From Bispira polyomma (taxonomy: Eukaryota): a stretch of 64,000 bases of DNA. The stretch covers positions 54,560,001-54,624,000 of the forward strand of contig OZ287752.1 in the NCBI GenBank assembly GCA_965649765.1, read 5' to 3'. Below the pieces are notes generated by a model that was given only the letters and a program-made list of their open reading frames with translations, made no database searches and had not been told where the DNA came from. This document shows positions 23,111 through 38,000 of the stretch, piece by piece. A program made the translations under genes and the position numbers. Numbering within the stretch: position 1 is the first letter of the stretch; every line of letters begins with the position of its first letter.

Positions 23111-24985
23111 CACGTACATACGAATGTAGGCTGAGGTAAAATTCTCCAAATAGCTCTGCGAATCCATCCGAAGTATTCAATAATGAGTCTACCTGTTAAA
23201 AGCACTGACACACTGTTCTAGTGTATGCCACTGTCAAGGTCATACATCTATCACATATTGTGGAATATAACACACTAATGATCCTCTAACTGTTGAACTG
23301 TCTTAGTCCAAAGTCACAGAAACCACTAAGGTCATGGCCACCAGGAAGATACAGAATAGAGTCAGGATGTAACTGGTAAAAACCAGTTTACATCAAACTC
23401 AGAGTTCAAAACTGAGAGAAGTGAACCCTCCTGGTGGCTATTCTATTGTCTCAGTCACTTATTGTGTACTTATGCGCCATTATTGATGTCAGCTATATCT
23501 TCAAATGGACAGCATAAAGCTCAGGGTATATAAGGTAACACGTAAAGCTATATATGTTACAGCGAATTACATTCAGTCAGTGATTTCGCAAAATCCCTGA
23601 TACATAATGTACTTTTTACACTTATTGAATGGCTTTTAGGGAATTTGTGAAAGACACTAATTTTACTTTCTAGTTAGGAAAATACATTAGAATCCAAAGT
23701 GAGCGAATTAATAATAAAGTCATAAATTATTGTGGGGTAATATGTTTTTAATCATTTTGTGAGTTCAGGAGCATCTGGTTCTGTAGAATACATATGAAAC
23801 TTTCTGGGAAAAGACATACTTTAAAATAAAGACTAAATATAAAATTCAACCAGAATATTTGAACATACAGTGAGCATTTGCATGTATTCATTAAAAACTT
23901 AATACTCAGGGGACAGTTTTATATCAATTTTCCACAATTTTAAGTTACTTTACCATTGGAGCATATGACTACATAAGCATTGCTGGTCATCATAAGACTA
24001 ATTGTATTATCACATCTTGGCCAAGGCTATTCATCCCCAATGGTGGCATTACCAGGCACACTAGTGCCACTCAAACGCCAGCCAAGCTTCTAGGCCACTC
24101 TGCCACACTTCATGTAGTTTTGTGATAGACATGGTTATACTTTTTGTATTTTGCTTTTGTACTGTGAATTTATATGTACACATTGTGAAGAATTTGATGA
24201 AAAAGAAAAAAACAAATAAATTCTATTTCAGCCTCTAAAATATATCTAACTATGTATAAACAGAACTATGGCAAGTACGCGATGGAGTTATGAATAGCTA
24301 TTTCCATTCACAGAATTAGGCAAAATAAGAAAAAATATTGAGTTTTTTAGTTTTTTGTCTGCGAGTCAATATAGGTTTACTGGTACAGTTCACAAACTAA
24401 ATTGGCCAGACAATATATTCCATTATGCACTGGGAGTTGTAAAAGTGTTTAACAATAAACTTCTGGTATGGGATTATTATCTTATTCATTGAATTTTTAG
24501 CATGGGTATTGTAGTAACTTATATAGGTTGTAGAGAATCAAATATTATATCTTCGGGAAGACAAATAACTACATTTCTAATAGTTTCATAAAATCAACAT
24601 ATATCATATATTAGCTAAGAACATTTTACACACTAAAAACTGATAGAGATATAATACCAAATTTTCAAATAATTAAGCATTTTAAAGTGTCTGATTAAAT
24701 GGTGCAGACATATGCGAATTGCACGGTTATATTATCATTTAATAAATGTACTGCTGTCTAAAAATCTTTCACTTACTTTAATCAGTTGCTGTTTGTTTTT
24801 TGTTACAGTAACATGGCGCAAAGTTTAGTAATGTGTCAAATTGGACAATTCTGAATCTGTGAGTATACTCCTTCAGATACAAACAAACTGTAAACCAGCT
24901 CCTCCAATCATCCTTGTCCTAAGCTACCATGACTCTCAGAAGCAGTAAGGAAACAAGAGACCACCTGTAGAAGTATTATTTTTAT

Positions 24986-25239
24986 GGGCCGTGGTGGCCT
25001 AGTGGTTAGCAAGCATTGCACTTCACAATCACGGGTCTCTCACCTCTGGGCGGCGTGAGTTCAACTCCCGTCGATGCCTATGTGGGAAAGGTGGTAGTTC
25101 CTTACTGTGGGCCCCTGGTTTAAGTGCAGAACCTTGACCAACTGTATGCAGTGTTTCCTCCAGCGTTTCCAACTACCCGTCCCAATATAACCTACTAGAA
25201 GGTACTAGAGTGAACGTTAAATATCTAAATTCAAATTTA
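24986..25239 (+). mobile_element. SINE family A, copy in unit 2
   Basis: Paralog of 2177-2430. Confidence 0.85.
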
Positions 25240-26549
25240 AGAGACATATTTTTATCAGAACCATTTATACAGTCCTATAAAGTGACAATGGTCGCCATAG
25301 GTAGGCAATTGATGTTATTCGATGGTATAACCTGTATTACATTGCTGGAGGATAGAACCTGGGACTTTCTGATCACATTGCCCAACTCTATATCCACAAG
25401 GCTATGGGAGACCTGCGACTAAACCATAATATCAACATATATATCCTGGTATATCTTTGACATATATTTTTTGTATATATTTAAATTCAAGAAAGAGTTC
25501 TGTTTAAAAGTATTGTGACATTCTTGGCCATTTAGATAAATATTGAAAACCATTCCGTGGTAATTGAGGTTAAGCATAAATGTGAGTTTAAAACCTTTCC
25601 AAAATATGGCCTCTGATAACTTTGACCCACTATATCCAAAATACAAAACTGGTTGTTTCAAGTAAAGGTCCAAATGTTCATAAAGTAATGTGAATGATAA
25701 AATTTACTCTACATTGATAAAATTACTGTTGTGTGGCCTATGTGTATATACATGATTAGAATGAAATTATATTAGCAAGCTAATATATCATTTATTGTAA
25801 AATGCGCTTTTATTGGAAAAAATTATTATATGCATATATACTAGTTATATTATATAGACATTTCAATGATATCTACTAAAATATAGCACAGAAATGCAAC
25901 AATAAATAGTATTGGGATGATAAGGTCAAAATTAAAGGTCAAAAAGACTCAAACCGAGGTCAAAGTATGAAAACTGCCGCAAATGGTGTGATCAGGGAAT
26001 AACAACAGGTAATCATTACAGTGTGGTTAGAAAGTATATAGCTCAATATAACACTAACACGTGCACGCTTCGACTTCTTTCCTTACGACTTTGCTATATC
26101 CATGGACTTAATAATTACATCAATGATTCTGCTGTTACGCTTTAGAAGATGCCTAGCATCAATAAAGAGTGTTAAAAATTCATAATAATAGTAATAATCA
26201 GAACTAAAACAGAATTTTATTCAAGATATTTGGAGCATTATACGATTTTATTACATACATTCGGGAATTTATTTAGGAAAGTGATATCCTTCTTCAATGA
26301 TACAAGTAGACTATTCAGGTATAGAAAGGTCCTTTTAGTGTACTTGTATATATCTACAAATATCTTCAAAACACAACATGCAATAAAACAAATCCAATCT
26401 ACAGAGAATTACTACTCGTATCACATCGAAGGTTATTTAAGAAACATCCAATTAATTAATTGTGACTTATTGTGCTACTTGATAAAAAATAAAAATAAAT
26501 ATTGATTGGTTTGATGGGTTGAATGTTTGTGACCCAGACACCTTACGGT

Positions 26550-27149
26550 TTAGGACACATTGTACTGTATCCTGTCGAAATTGTCTGTCATGAACCTATT
26601 CAAGGGAGGCTCCAGTGAGTTAATGATCTCCTGAAAGCAAATTTCTGCAGCAACCATATAGCCCTGCAACTTCAACTGTTCACGGATGTAGTAATCAATG
26701 GCCAGACATGTAAACACAAAAGAACTAATCAAAAATAGCCACATCAAGCGAAATGTTGATTCCTCTGCTGATTTTTCCTGTGACACCACATCCATGCACT
26801 GGTTCGCCTGGATAGAGAATTCCAATTCCAGGATGTTGCCCCAATCCAGCTTGCATGTGTACAGCTCTTCCGCCTTCCCATGGTGTAACACCCAGATTTT
26901 AAACAGTCTTCTGATAAGTATCCACAGCCACCCAAATAGGTTGTTGTCACCTCGGCTGTTCCATTCATGTTCGGTCCCACAGGTTAGGCCATATACAAAC
27001 TTGCCAAGTATTGTCAACACTCGTCGTTGAAGTATGATTTCACAAGCACGATCGGGTGTATCCTGACTAAATGCATAGTACGAAATCATGCAACCAATTA
27101 CCACTGCTAAATACCTGAACAGTAGAAGTTGTTTTCTAGTAAATGTCAT
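26550..27149 (-). CDS. Orphan 199-aa predicted membrane protein, copy 2 (M79I, K127E in track numbering)
   Basis: Intact paralog of 3741-4340 with two substitutions. Confidence 0.7.
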   Translation of the reverse strand: MTFTRKQLLLFRYLAVVIGCMISYYAFSQDTPDRACEIILQRRVLTILGKFVYGLTCGTEHEWNSRGDNNLFGWLWILIRRLFKIWVLHHGKAEELYTCKLDWGNILELEFSIQANQCMDVVSQEKSAEESTFRLMWLFLISSFVFTCLAIDYYIREQLKLQGYMVAAEICFQEIINSLEPPLNRFMTDNFDRIQYNVS

Positions 27150-30100
27150 CTTCACTTGTGCTACTATGATAATTAAGCAAAACTGACACGTATCTATGTA
27201 AAATGGTTTTTGTCGTCATAAGTTAGCAATCATGACGTACACAACGTCACACCATGACGTATGTATCCATTGTGACGTCATTTATGCCTTCTCGTTTATT
27301 CTCACATGTGAGGACAATTATAAGTACATTTGACTATGTATGACTCCATCTGTTGCAGAATTATTCTATGATTAGTAGCAGCATTCAGAATTTTCACCAA
27401 GTAGTATGTCGTTGTTGTTTTATATTTCAAATATGAACTAGAATCTAGTTTAAGATATTCTAAACATAGAACATATAAAGACGTTTGAACAAAAACAGAA
27501 CAGGCGATTCAGCTAGAAGATGACGTATGTGTTTGTAGTTTGTCCCTTAATATTTAGGAAAGCAATATTGATCACATAAATACATCTAGTTAAGGGATAA
27601 TGTTGGTGAGTTAGTCAGGTACTTGCCATAGGTGAGTGGTTTCTTCCGCTATTGAATCTGGCTTTCGTGATATGAGCTAAGCTGTTAAAAGCGACGTAAA
27701 ACGCAACTAAATTCAAATTCTTATATGTCACTATAATAAATAAAAAATAGTAAAAAATATAATGCAAAATTGCTTTGCACAGAAATAACCATGTTTTGTT
27801 ATGTTTTCTTTTTCTGAGTCTAGCCAACTTCCAGTTCCTTTAATCAATGGAATGGAAACTGTCAAAAGTTTAATTCAGGGAAATTGCAGGTTTTCTTAGT
27901 GAAAAGTTCCAACAGTAGAAAATTTTATCTATGGTTTTAGAATGATTACTAAAAATAATTATATGTTTCTCATTAATGGTGTTTATGGATACTTTCAAAG
28001 ATATTTTGCCATTTAGCCCATTTTATAATGCATTCTGTCAGTGTACAAAAAGTAGACCCATTGGTCTGATTGGGTATACTGTTAGTGCATTTTATTGTAC
28101 TCAGATCAAAGCCTGGGAAATTCCTAGCTAGTTGTTTTTTGGGATATAATCCACTACAAAACCATATAATCATGACCCCCCCGCCCCCCCCCCCCCCAGC
28201 CCCCAACCCCCCTCTGTCAGAGAGTAATAAATTAAACTACTTAACCAACCACAAGAAAGGCATTAAGTGAATCCTCATAGGTAACATTATGTATCATTGT
28301 GGTGTTCTTTTAATTGTGGTTTAATCTTTCCATCTATCCAAGCTCTTAATGTACAATGGTAGTATGTAGTACATAGGGTGTATCCAGAGGGTGTCGAGGG
28401 TCCAGGCCCCAGAGCCGGGCTCCGGGTCCAGGAATACCTATCTAGGGGGCAAGGCCCCAGATACAGGGGATGGTCCAGGGGCTGACCAAACATGAATAAA
28501 ACAGTCAAATTTCAACAATTATGTTAACAATATACTCTAAGAGTGAACCCTCCTCTTATAAGCACCTAGATCCGATACATGGTGTATTTTAGCATATTAA
28601 CTGTACCCAAGTGTATATTAAAGTTTAAATCATCCTCTTTAGAGGTATAGTCCGTTACCAAATATACCAAATAGGGGGTAACTCAGCATTGGTAAAATAA
28701 TGTATTCTCAGTATTTGAATTTAGTTAGGTTTTAGTGTCACCTTAAAAAGTTTCGAGTTTATATCAAGATGGTCAGACTTAATGATGGAAGAAACCAGTG
28801 CTAAAGCACTTTAAACCACCAGCTTATGGCAAGTACAAACTTTCCCACATGTTTCTTTGTCAAATGTAATAGGTACACTATTGTACATGGAAAATAACCA
28901 TTCTGTCACATACTTATTATTAAAAAATTGCATTTTGTATGTGTAAAACAACAGCTTAAATCTATATAGTTTGGTGTTTTCTTTTCTGAAAATGGAAGAA
29001 ACAATTGTGTTTTATCTCCAAATATCACAAACCTCCTTTCTCCTATCAGACTATTCTTTTGCTCATTGTTTGGAATATGCGCCACAGAGGATGCCTGGTC
29101 ATCAATTGTGGAACTATAGAAGTCAAAACATTAACATTAAAACATATCTTTCTTTTTGATATTTTGTCCTCAGTTTTTGCCCTTAACTATATGTGTACTC
29201 TGATAATCCCATGAGTGTAAAAAAGGCTAATATTGGTACATTGTTTTGTTTTACAATTTTAAGCTCCATTGTCAGGCTATCATATTATATAAGTACATTT
29301 GTAATACCTACTCATAATTCCTGTCAGAAGGAATCTAGGCCATGCATTCATTGGGGATTACCCCACTATCTAACTATATGCATTACATATCATTGACGCC
29401 CCAAAAAGGCATCAATTGCCTGAACAATTTTCTTTAAGTGAGTGTAATAGGATTACCTTACTTTTACACTTGTATGTATTTATGCGGTGGTGCTTTCTAG
29501 CTTATATTATAACAATATGTCCGATAATGCCATGTACAAAAATAAAATTCTCTTTTTTTACATTGACCGTATACCAACTTTCAAAATTTCACTATAATTT
29601 TTCCCTCATTCTATGATGCATTTTTTCCAGTTTATCCATTCAATATGGCTGTTACAATTGTTACTTTCAGAGTTTGGTGTTAAATCCTGGGAGGGATTTG
29701 TACATATAGCAAAATTATTTTCATTTCTTTTTTTATTAAAACAAAAATCATCTCTTTCTACACGATTTGATATGTTAAGATATTAATGTAATCTTTTAAT
29801 GCAATACAGGTTATATGGCTTATTTAACGATAACAGAACATCCATGACGAGGTGACCAAACATGGTTAAATAACAGAAGTCTGCTGGTGTATCCTACAAA
29901 TATGAAACATTACTTGGCTATTCCTGATCTCACGAGAGGTCATTTCTGGGGAGGGGGGGGGGACAATTTCGAAGTTAATTAATTTATTTTAAATAATGCT
30001 TTTATATATTACTGTTCAAACATATTTAACTTAAAAAATAAGTCTGATATGGGAAGAATTTTAAGCAGTACATGTGAGTTTATTTTTGCCTGCAAAATGA

Positions 30101-33100
30101 GACATTTGTGAGGTGGGTCAATTAACTTCAGATCACCTGCCCTATCTTTAAAGCCGCCATGCATATGTAGTAATGAAAAAGGTGCTTTCTGTTCATTCTG
30201 TTTTTTTAAATAAATGCACATGTAAAAATGAATCACACAATAAATTGAAATTGCAAGGCACAGCAATCAACAACAAAAAGTAAATATTAAGTCAACCACA
30301 GACATAGGAAGTTTATTTGGCACCTGCTAGTCTCTGATTTGCTTTTTATTTCTGGTTACCAGTCACGTGATTAGTAAATAGAATAGTATTTGTGAAGGTC
30401 AAACATACGAAGAAAAAAAGGTCTAGCAGAAATGAAAGAGAAAAGTATCTATTTAACCCAAATATTGATAATATTTATTTGTGCTTAAGAACATATTTAT
30501 TTTCTGAATTTCTCTCCCAGGTCACCATTCATATTTCTCTTTCTATAAAACGTAAACCTGAGTAGACTTTGATTTATTTGTCCTACAAAGTTCTGTATAC
30601 AAGTCCAGATTACTCCATCAAGTGTTTGACAACCACATACACACAACCACTGTAGGTCCCTAGCACTTCCTTGCACTCATTTGTCTTCACAAACTGGTGA
30701 GATCTGACCATGGACAACATTCCTCAGTCGTCGAGTGGATTATTTACGCAACTTTTATCTGAGCTCTCTAACTTCTGAGCACTTTACCAGTTACTAGCTA
30801 CTAAAAAACTACTATATATCGAATCTACAGTTTTATTTTATATCAATCAATCTCTTTCTGGTACAATTCTGTAACAGAGTAGTATGCAAAAACAGCTTTA
30901 CAATTTCTATATTTCTATCTTAACATCACACATTTGGTAATATTAGTTTTCAATTTTTATAAACACGTATTTCATGTTGTACATTTATGAGCATTTGACG
31001 ATAATGATATTTTAGAACATACATTCAAAAGGTAAAAGTGTATTTTACATGCACAAGCAAAATTCAAACAAAAATATAATATTTAATGGCCAAAAATGTT
31101 GATCAAAAGTGTTTTCGTGGTACTATTAAGTTCTAAATCTATTTTAAACATCACTAATATTTGCCACAAAAAAACATAGATTTGAAAGAACACTGAAGAT
31201 AAACATGTACTTTAACAAACATAAATATTTCATGTGTATTAATTAAATATTAGTCAAATATATATATTTTTTAAAATTTTGAAGCTAAGTAAAGGAAAAG
31301 AGAGTCCAGATTTGATAAAATTGCCCTACTTTTTGACTGATGAACTTGCTTATCAGTTATTACTCATTCAATATCACCTAACATTTCACAACACACACAA
31401 GACCCCCCTTTCAGTACACAACCGTGAGAGCCACTTAGTAATTCCACCCACCAAGTGAACTGACATTTAATTACCATATAACTTCATAATATTTGGTAGA
31501 GAAGCTGAGGTTTTGAATGACAGCTGTAATGAAAGCATTGAGCTAGGCTTTCACCATTATACAAAAGCTTGAGAAACCTATTTGTCCCAGGTTTATATAG
31601 GTTTACATCAACATCATGCTTCTTGTTCATCAACTTTCAGCAAAATATGCAATCTTTTGGCATTTCCTGTTACATTGCCAAAAAACACCTTCTCTTTCAA
31701 AAATATGGAAGTTACAAAGTCAAAATACAAACATACGCAAAGCTTTACCCAAACATACATTGCTGCATATCAAACGTATAGTGGTTTTTAGCAAATGATG
31801 AATGATTAAATTTTGCACAAAATGTGTATGACCAAAGCTTCCGATATTTGTTAGGGTGTTCTCTACTTGAAAATAGAGTGGCGTTATCCGGTTCCCAAAC
31901 CTCACCTACTTAGATTACATCCTTATTGTACAGTTATACTTATACATATATAGTTGTGTCTAAAATGCCATTAATTCTAAGATCCTTTTTAAGATTATTG
32001 GAAAATAGTAGACACATATTTCAATCGGAAAGTGCCAGGTTTAATTTAATTATTGTAAGACTACTTGGGGTTTATACAAATTCATTACGGAACATAACAC
32101 CATAGCAATATTTTATATGTTTACATATATCATAGACATACGCACAAATATACCATATAATATAGACAATGTGTCGAAAAACATGGATGGTTACTACTGA
32201 TTGTTCAACATGTTTGGTGCTTTTAAAAAAAACTATGTTTTAAAACGTTATCACCATGTGAGTCATAAATCTTAAATATAACCTTACTATTAGTCTTGCT
32301 GAACAACAAAAGATTGTTTCAAACATTATAGCTTTGTTTTACTATATTTCAAACCACAAGAGTTATAATTCATACCACAAGACTCAGTTACTGCTATGGT
32401 AGTCATGATGATAATACTGACATACAAGTTAAGAGAAGTAAGTCAACTATAACACCTTAGGTAAATGTAAACTATATCTACTAAAACACTTGTCGTCCAG
32501 CACAGAATGAATGACAACAATAACTATTTATAATATGTCTGTGAAGTTCACTGGTATCTGTACATTATCTGAGATCTTGACATATAAAAACCATTCTTAT
32601 TTCTGTAGACAAGTTTCATTTTTCACATTAGACCAAATGTGCCGCTACATGTATTATTTACAATTATGCTTGTTGCCTACTTCTAGTTAAATCTGTATAG
32701 AATCATTGCAGTCCACGTGCACCGCCCTCCAAAATGGACGCTATTCGCCCCCCCTCCCCCCAAATGACCTACTTATAAAACAGCCCATTGGTTGAAAATA
32801 TCCCCTGCCTCCCGTTCTCTTAGATGAATGATTTCATAGTCCTGTCCCTCCAGCATGGCCGCCATTTGTTTATTTCCCCTACTTATATAACAGCCCATAG
32901 GTTGAAAATATCGTCTGCCTCCTTTTTTCCAGGCCGGCAGCTTTCTCAGTCTCTTCCTGTTCCCTATGGACCACTATCTCCACACTTTCTCTGGGTGACA
33001 GGTACCTGAGATTGACCACATCTACTGGACAGTTCAGACTGTCTAGCCTGGCATGTAAACTAGCCTTTCTGGTCTCGGGATTGGGTTGTTTCAAATCCAT

Positions 33101-33715
33101 TCTGCACTTTTTGTTGTACATATTACTATCACCTTTAAGAAGAGATAAAACAGCTTTTTCTGTTAACAATATTGTTATAAATTCACAACCACACTGAACA
33201 AATATTTTTATACTATACACTTGCAACAGTATTTTGCACAAGTTAAATTTTCTTGTAGTTTAATTATATTTTTACGAACAATCCCTGAAACGTTTGTTCT
33301 CTAGCATTAAACAAATGTTGTTTTTTTTTATCACAATTGTTTGTTTAAATAGCTATCTATCTAACTTCTATTTAGTTTATTCTTAAATAAGCTACCAACA
33401 CCACACGATGTTCGAACATAGACACTCTGATTTACTCAGAGCATTGTGCATTGATGGAGCATAATATATATGAAACTGATGGCATTGATGGACACAAGAG
33501 TAAGTAATGAGAGTTGAGTAAGACATTCAGCCTTCTTCACAAAACAAAAGCATGACTGGATGTGTTCATCAAATTACTGATTTATCTGGACCACATTTCT
33601 GCTTCCTTTCAAAGACCTCTGGGTGTAAATTGACCTTAGCATAATTTTTACTTTTCCTGGTTGAGCATTGCAAACTTGGACAGATTCCCTATAGTGAATA
33701 TGGGAGTACTATTTA

Positions 33716-33720
<5 letters not shown>

Positions 33721-33757
<37 letters not shown>
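33721..33757. repeat. (TA)18 microsatellite
   Basis: Direct read. Confidence 0.95.
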
Positions 33758-33759
<2 letters not shown>

Positions 33760-34170
33760 GGTATTCTTCTCGCTGGGGTCATCCGGGTGGTTAGATAGGC
33801 TAGGCTAATATTCTCAAAAAAAATTGTGAGGCAGAGGAAATTCACATTCGATACAAAAGCCAAGGTGACACTTACGTCTAGCAATAAGTAATTCAGTAAA
33901 GTGGTATGTTCGCTTAACCATGATCAACATTACAACCTTACTGAAAAATAATGGGCGTTATAATCCTCTTGGTGAGCATTCTGAATATCTATTTTTTTTT
34001 TTCAAAATGACTGTCAAGTTGTAGAAATTGGTTTAGTGTTGGTATTAATAGAAACATCATTTCATTAAAAAAAGGGATTATAATTCACACAAATTAAGGC
34101 AATTTTTGATACTAAATAAATAATAATTGTAATGATAGTTGTCACCTGATATAGTTATGAACAACACTGT

Positions 34171-34436
34171 TATTTAATGTGCTATGACATTATTACCCCA
34201 CCCTGGGTTCTTCTACTTGTCAAATAATAGTTCACTCTCAGCTCCCTTAGGGAGAATACTGGCCATGCCGCCACACATACAGAGCACAAACACCACTTTA
34301 GTGGCCAGGTACCCATTTATACACGTGGGTAGAGAGGGACAACTTCGTGCATATTCCAAGGATAACCAGGCCAGCAGCGAGCATCGAATCTCGACCTTCA
34401 CATCCAAAGTACACTCTAACCAATAGGCCACAGAGT
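34171..34436 (-). mobile_element. CORE-like SINE, unit 2
   Basis: Paralog of 11347-11612. Confidence 0.7.
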
Positions 34437-34440
34437 GGTT

Positions 34441-35024
34441 ATAATAATAATAACAGTAAATATATTATATAGCGTTCAACTGGTACATAAGAAAAATAAA
34501 TAAAAAAATTCTGTGTTCTCTGGCGCTTGTCTTCTGAAATAAATGAGCTTTTAGCTGTTTGCTGAATAGGTTGTGGCTGTCTGTTTTTCTGAGGTAGTCT
34601 GGATGAGAGTTCTGTGAGTTTGACCCAAATACAGTAAAACTACAGTCAGCAAGTGTCGGAACATCCAATAGATAGTAGTGTTTTTTTTCATCTAACAGGA
34701 TAGTCGCAGTTTTTTTTTATTGAATTCGATTCTGTTAATATCTCGGTGCTTTCTGGTGAATACATTTATGGACTGTTGTCAAAATTGAAACAAAATTCTG
34801 TAGCGAATTGGAAGCTAGTGGAGTGTCTTTAGTGCTCTTGAACTACTAGTGTTATTTGTCTTATTTTAGCACATGCTTTGCTGCTGCATTTGGCAATTTT
34901 TGCATCATTTTAGTCTATTTCTCAGGCAAGGCCATAAAGATATCATTGCAGTAGTCCAGATGGAATAGAACAAGGCCATACACTACTTGTTTGCATTCTT
35001 TTGCATTTGCATTTAAACAATTTA
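34441..35024 (-). mobile_element. L2/CR1 LINE remnant, unit 2
   Basis: Paralog of 11617-12200. Confidence 0.85.
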
Positions 35025-38000
35025 AGTTGTTAATACAAAAAAATGTGTCAGAGGCACTAACAGTGGCATACTTACAATATAAACTATTTTGTGAATATCA
35101 ATTAATGCTGCACACACTAATAGTGATATTCCATTAATTCCCATTGAACGAAAATATCCGGCAAAACATCACCCCCATCTTGTATATAAGGATTATCAAT
35201 TGGGCCAAGAAGAACCATCCATCATTAGATTAGAGTCTTTATCAACGAAAAGCAGGATTTTTTGTCTCCTTTTTTGTTTTGTTTTATTACACCCCACAGC
35301 AGCTGCAAAACGTTATACACCCCACGATGACTCTCTGAAGAGACAAGGAGAATCAACAAAAAAATGATTTTATTGTTTCTAAGCAGCATTGAACCCTACC
35401 AATACACACAGGTGTTTCCCTTCCACCAATTTATCACACTTCCCCATAGACATCTAGCCTTCACTAAGGCTCAGAATGTGCCAGAAGGCCACATATAGAG
35501 ATAGCTATTTTGTATAAGAGACCTAATGGCTTTAACATTCGCTTATGGGTGGTCTCCTATGGTCTACTGGTTAGGAATTTGGTCTGATGAGCAAAAGGTC
35601 CCCAGTTTGACACCTAGTTGGCGGAGTTGGTCTGTTGAACAGGATATACTGCCAAAGTTGCAATGTCCATTTGGGATAACATTCGCTTGCAAGATATGAA
35701 CACGTCATTGTTTACTGATGATGTTGACCAAGGCTATGCTGTAGGATTATCCATTCTGTAGAATCAGCATCATAGAGGGTGATATCTCAATAGGATGTGA
35801 TATAAATGTTCAATAATACTAAACTAAACATGAACCCAGGGAACCATTTAAAATGATGATCCTCTGTCACTTGGGTCTCATTCCCAGTGGCAGGCTTATA
35901 AGGACCTTGTGGACATTGATTAATGGTGTCATCTTCAAGTTGCAGTCTTCAGGTAGGTTCACAACTTTGCAAGAACTAGAATTTAAACGCATCAATTGCA
36001 ACATTAATTGGCAAAACTCTTTAATTTTGCCAGATATATTACTTTGGGGGTAAATAGACTTTGACTGAATGGCATTTGAAATAGGTCGTTCTAGTTTGTA
36101 AATACAACACACTGTGTATATGTAATTCTGCAGTACAGTCACAGCCAACAACCAAAAGATGAGGCCATTGCATTATTAGAATAGGGAGCATGGTTGTGAC
36201 CAAATGAAGATAATGGAACAGTCTGTCTCCCAGTACATAAATACACCTAAACCAATTAATAATTTAAATTGACCTACCCACTAAAAATGATGGTACAATA
36301 ATAGCATACATTGTGTACAGCATTATGGAGTGGATGGCATTTTGGGTTTTCAACATCTTAAATGAATGCCAAGCAGCTTCATTGTAATGATGTTAATGGT
36401 TCTTGGGGCGCTGCTGACAACCTGTGATGCCTGATAAAAATTATTGGTATTTGTATTTACAGTTACAGTCCGTGCAGTATCGGTCATTATCTGCCAACCT
36501 GACGATTTAGATGAGGTAATAAAAATTTGGCCCAAAGGTCAAACAGGTTTTTTGGTGTAGAAGCAGTTTTGACCTGTCTGTTATTAATGTTTTAATTCTG
36601 TTTGGTTTAGTACTAACATAGATTGATGTATATTCTTTTTCTTACTGTCATTAAATTGGTACGCTTGGGTGTACTGGCATTACTGCTTGCTACACCCCTG
36701 TAATAAAAGAGATCTCAGTTTTATCAGCCGAACAATATCGATTTTAAGAGCTGATAATGTCATTATCAGCTGTGAATGATAAATATGCACAACTAAGGAG
36801 CCTGTATTGACATGATAATCTGTTAGTAGCGCCCTGCTTACTGGTATCATAGTATTTATTATACACCTACTAATATTGTATATACCATAATGAGTGATAA
36901 TATTGAAAACCTCAATTTATATATATTAACACAAAATTGTCAAAAATACATTGTCAAAGTATCTTGTACAAGTGTGGGAAAAGCGTAAGGAAATTTGATC
37001 TAAACAGTTGTTTCAAGGTTGATTTAGAATTGGTTACATACATGTATAACAAAGGATTTATGAGTATATAATATGACCAGTAAAAAATGTATATGTGTTT
37101 AAAGTGACATATAAGCCCAAAAATTGTATTTTTTTTTAATTACATGTCACTATAATAAAAAATATATATCTATCTGCATCACTTAACGCCCCAAACAAGG
37201 CTAACAGATAGGGTGGCATCGATCACACTCTTAAAAAGGACGTTTTTAAGTTCCAAAGTCCTGGGCTCCTATTTATCAAAGACTTCAGGTCTAATCATTC
37301 TACTTTATTTTTACTGTAGTTATTTATTGTTGTTGAAAGGAATCGTATTTTAAGCAGTTAAATGATACTAAAGAGCTCAAAACAAGAATTTACTATTAGT
37401 ATCACTCACCTAGAGAATAAAGCTTGGCAATACTTGAAACTGTGTTTGTTCTGGAGTGACAAAAAAAAAAAATAAATGTAATTAATTTATTTGTGAATTT
37501 TGTTTTGCCAAAATTCCAATAAAAGAACAACTATACCAAGCAAATGCCAACAAATCTTAAACCTAGTATGTTTAAACACCTACATTTATATGGAACAGTA
37601 CATTTTGTACCAAAATAAATATGTGACAGTTTTTATTTCTGAAGTTTCCAGATGACAGCTCTCCAATGTGCAAATCTAATGCACCTACCAATGCCCTAAG
37701 GCCCCAAAAAAATGAAAATAAAATTCTTGGATCTGCCTGGATCACCCAACGAAGTGTCATGTTTGCTGTAAACAAACGGTGAAAACAAATCCTTATTGGC
37801 TGATGTACTAAAGATATAACACATTCTGTCACCTGGCTTTTAAAAACAACTTAAAATGACCGACTACACGACACAACAAATATGTATATATAGCCTGCTC
37901 CCGACACGACATTACACAGCAATTAAACTTGGAGAAATCTCTTCAAAACTGCTGTGTTGTTGTTTATATCGTACAGTATCCATATGATGTTTATATATAC

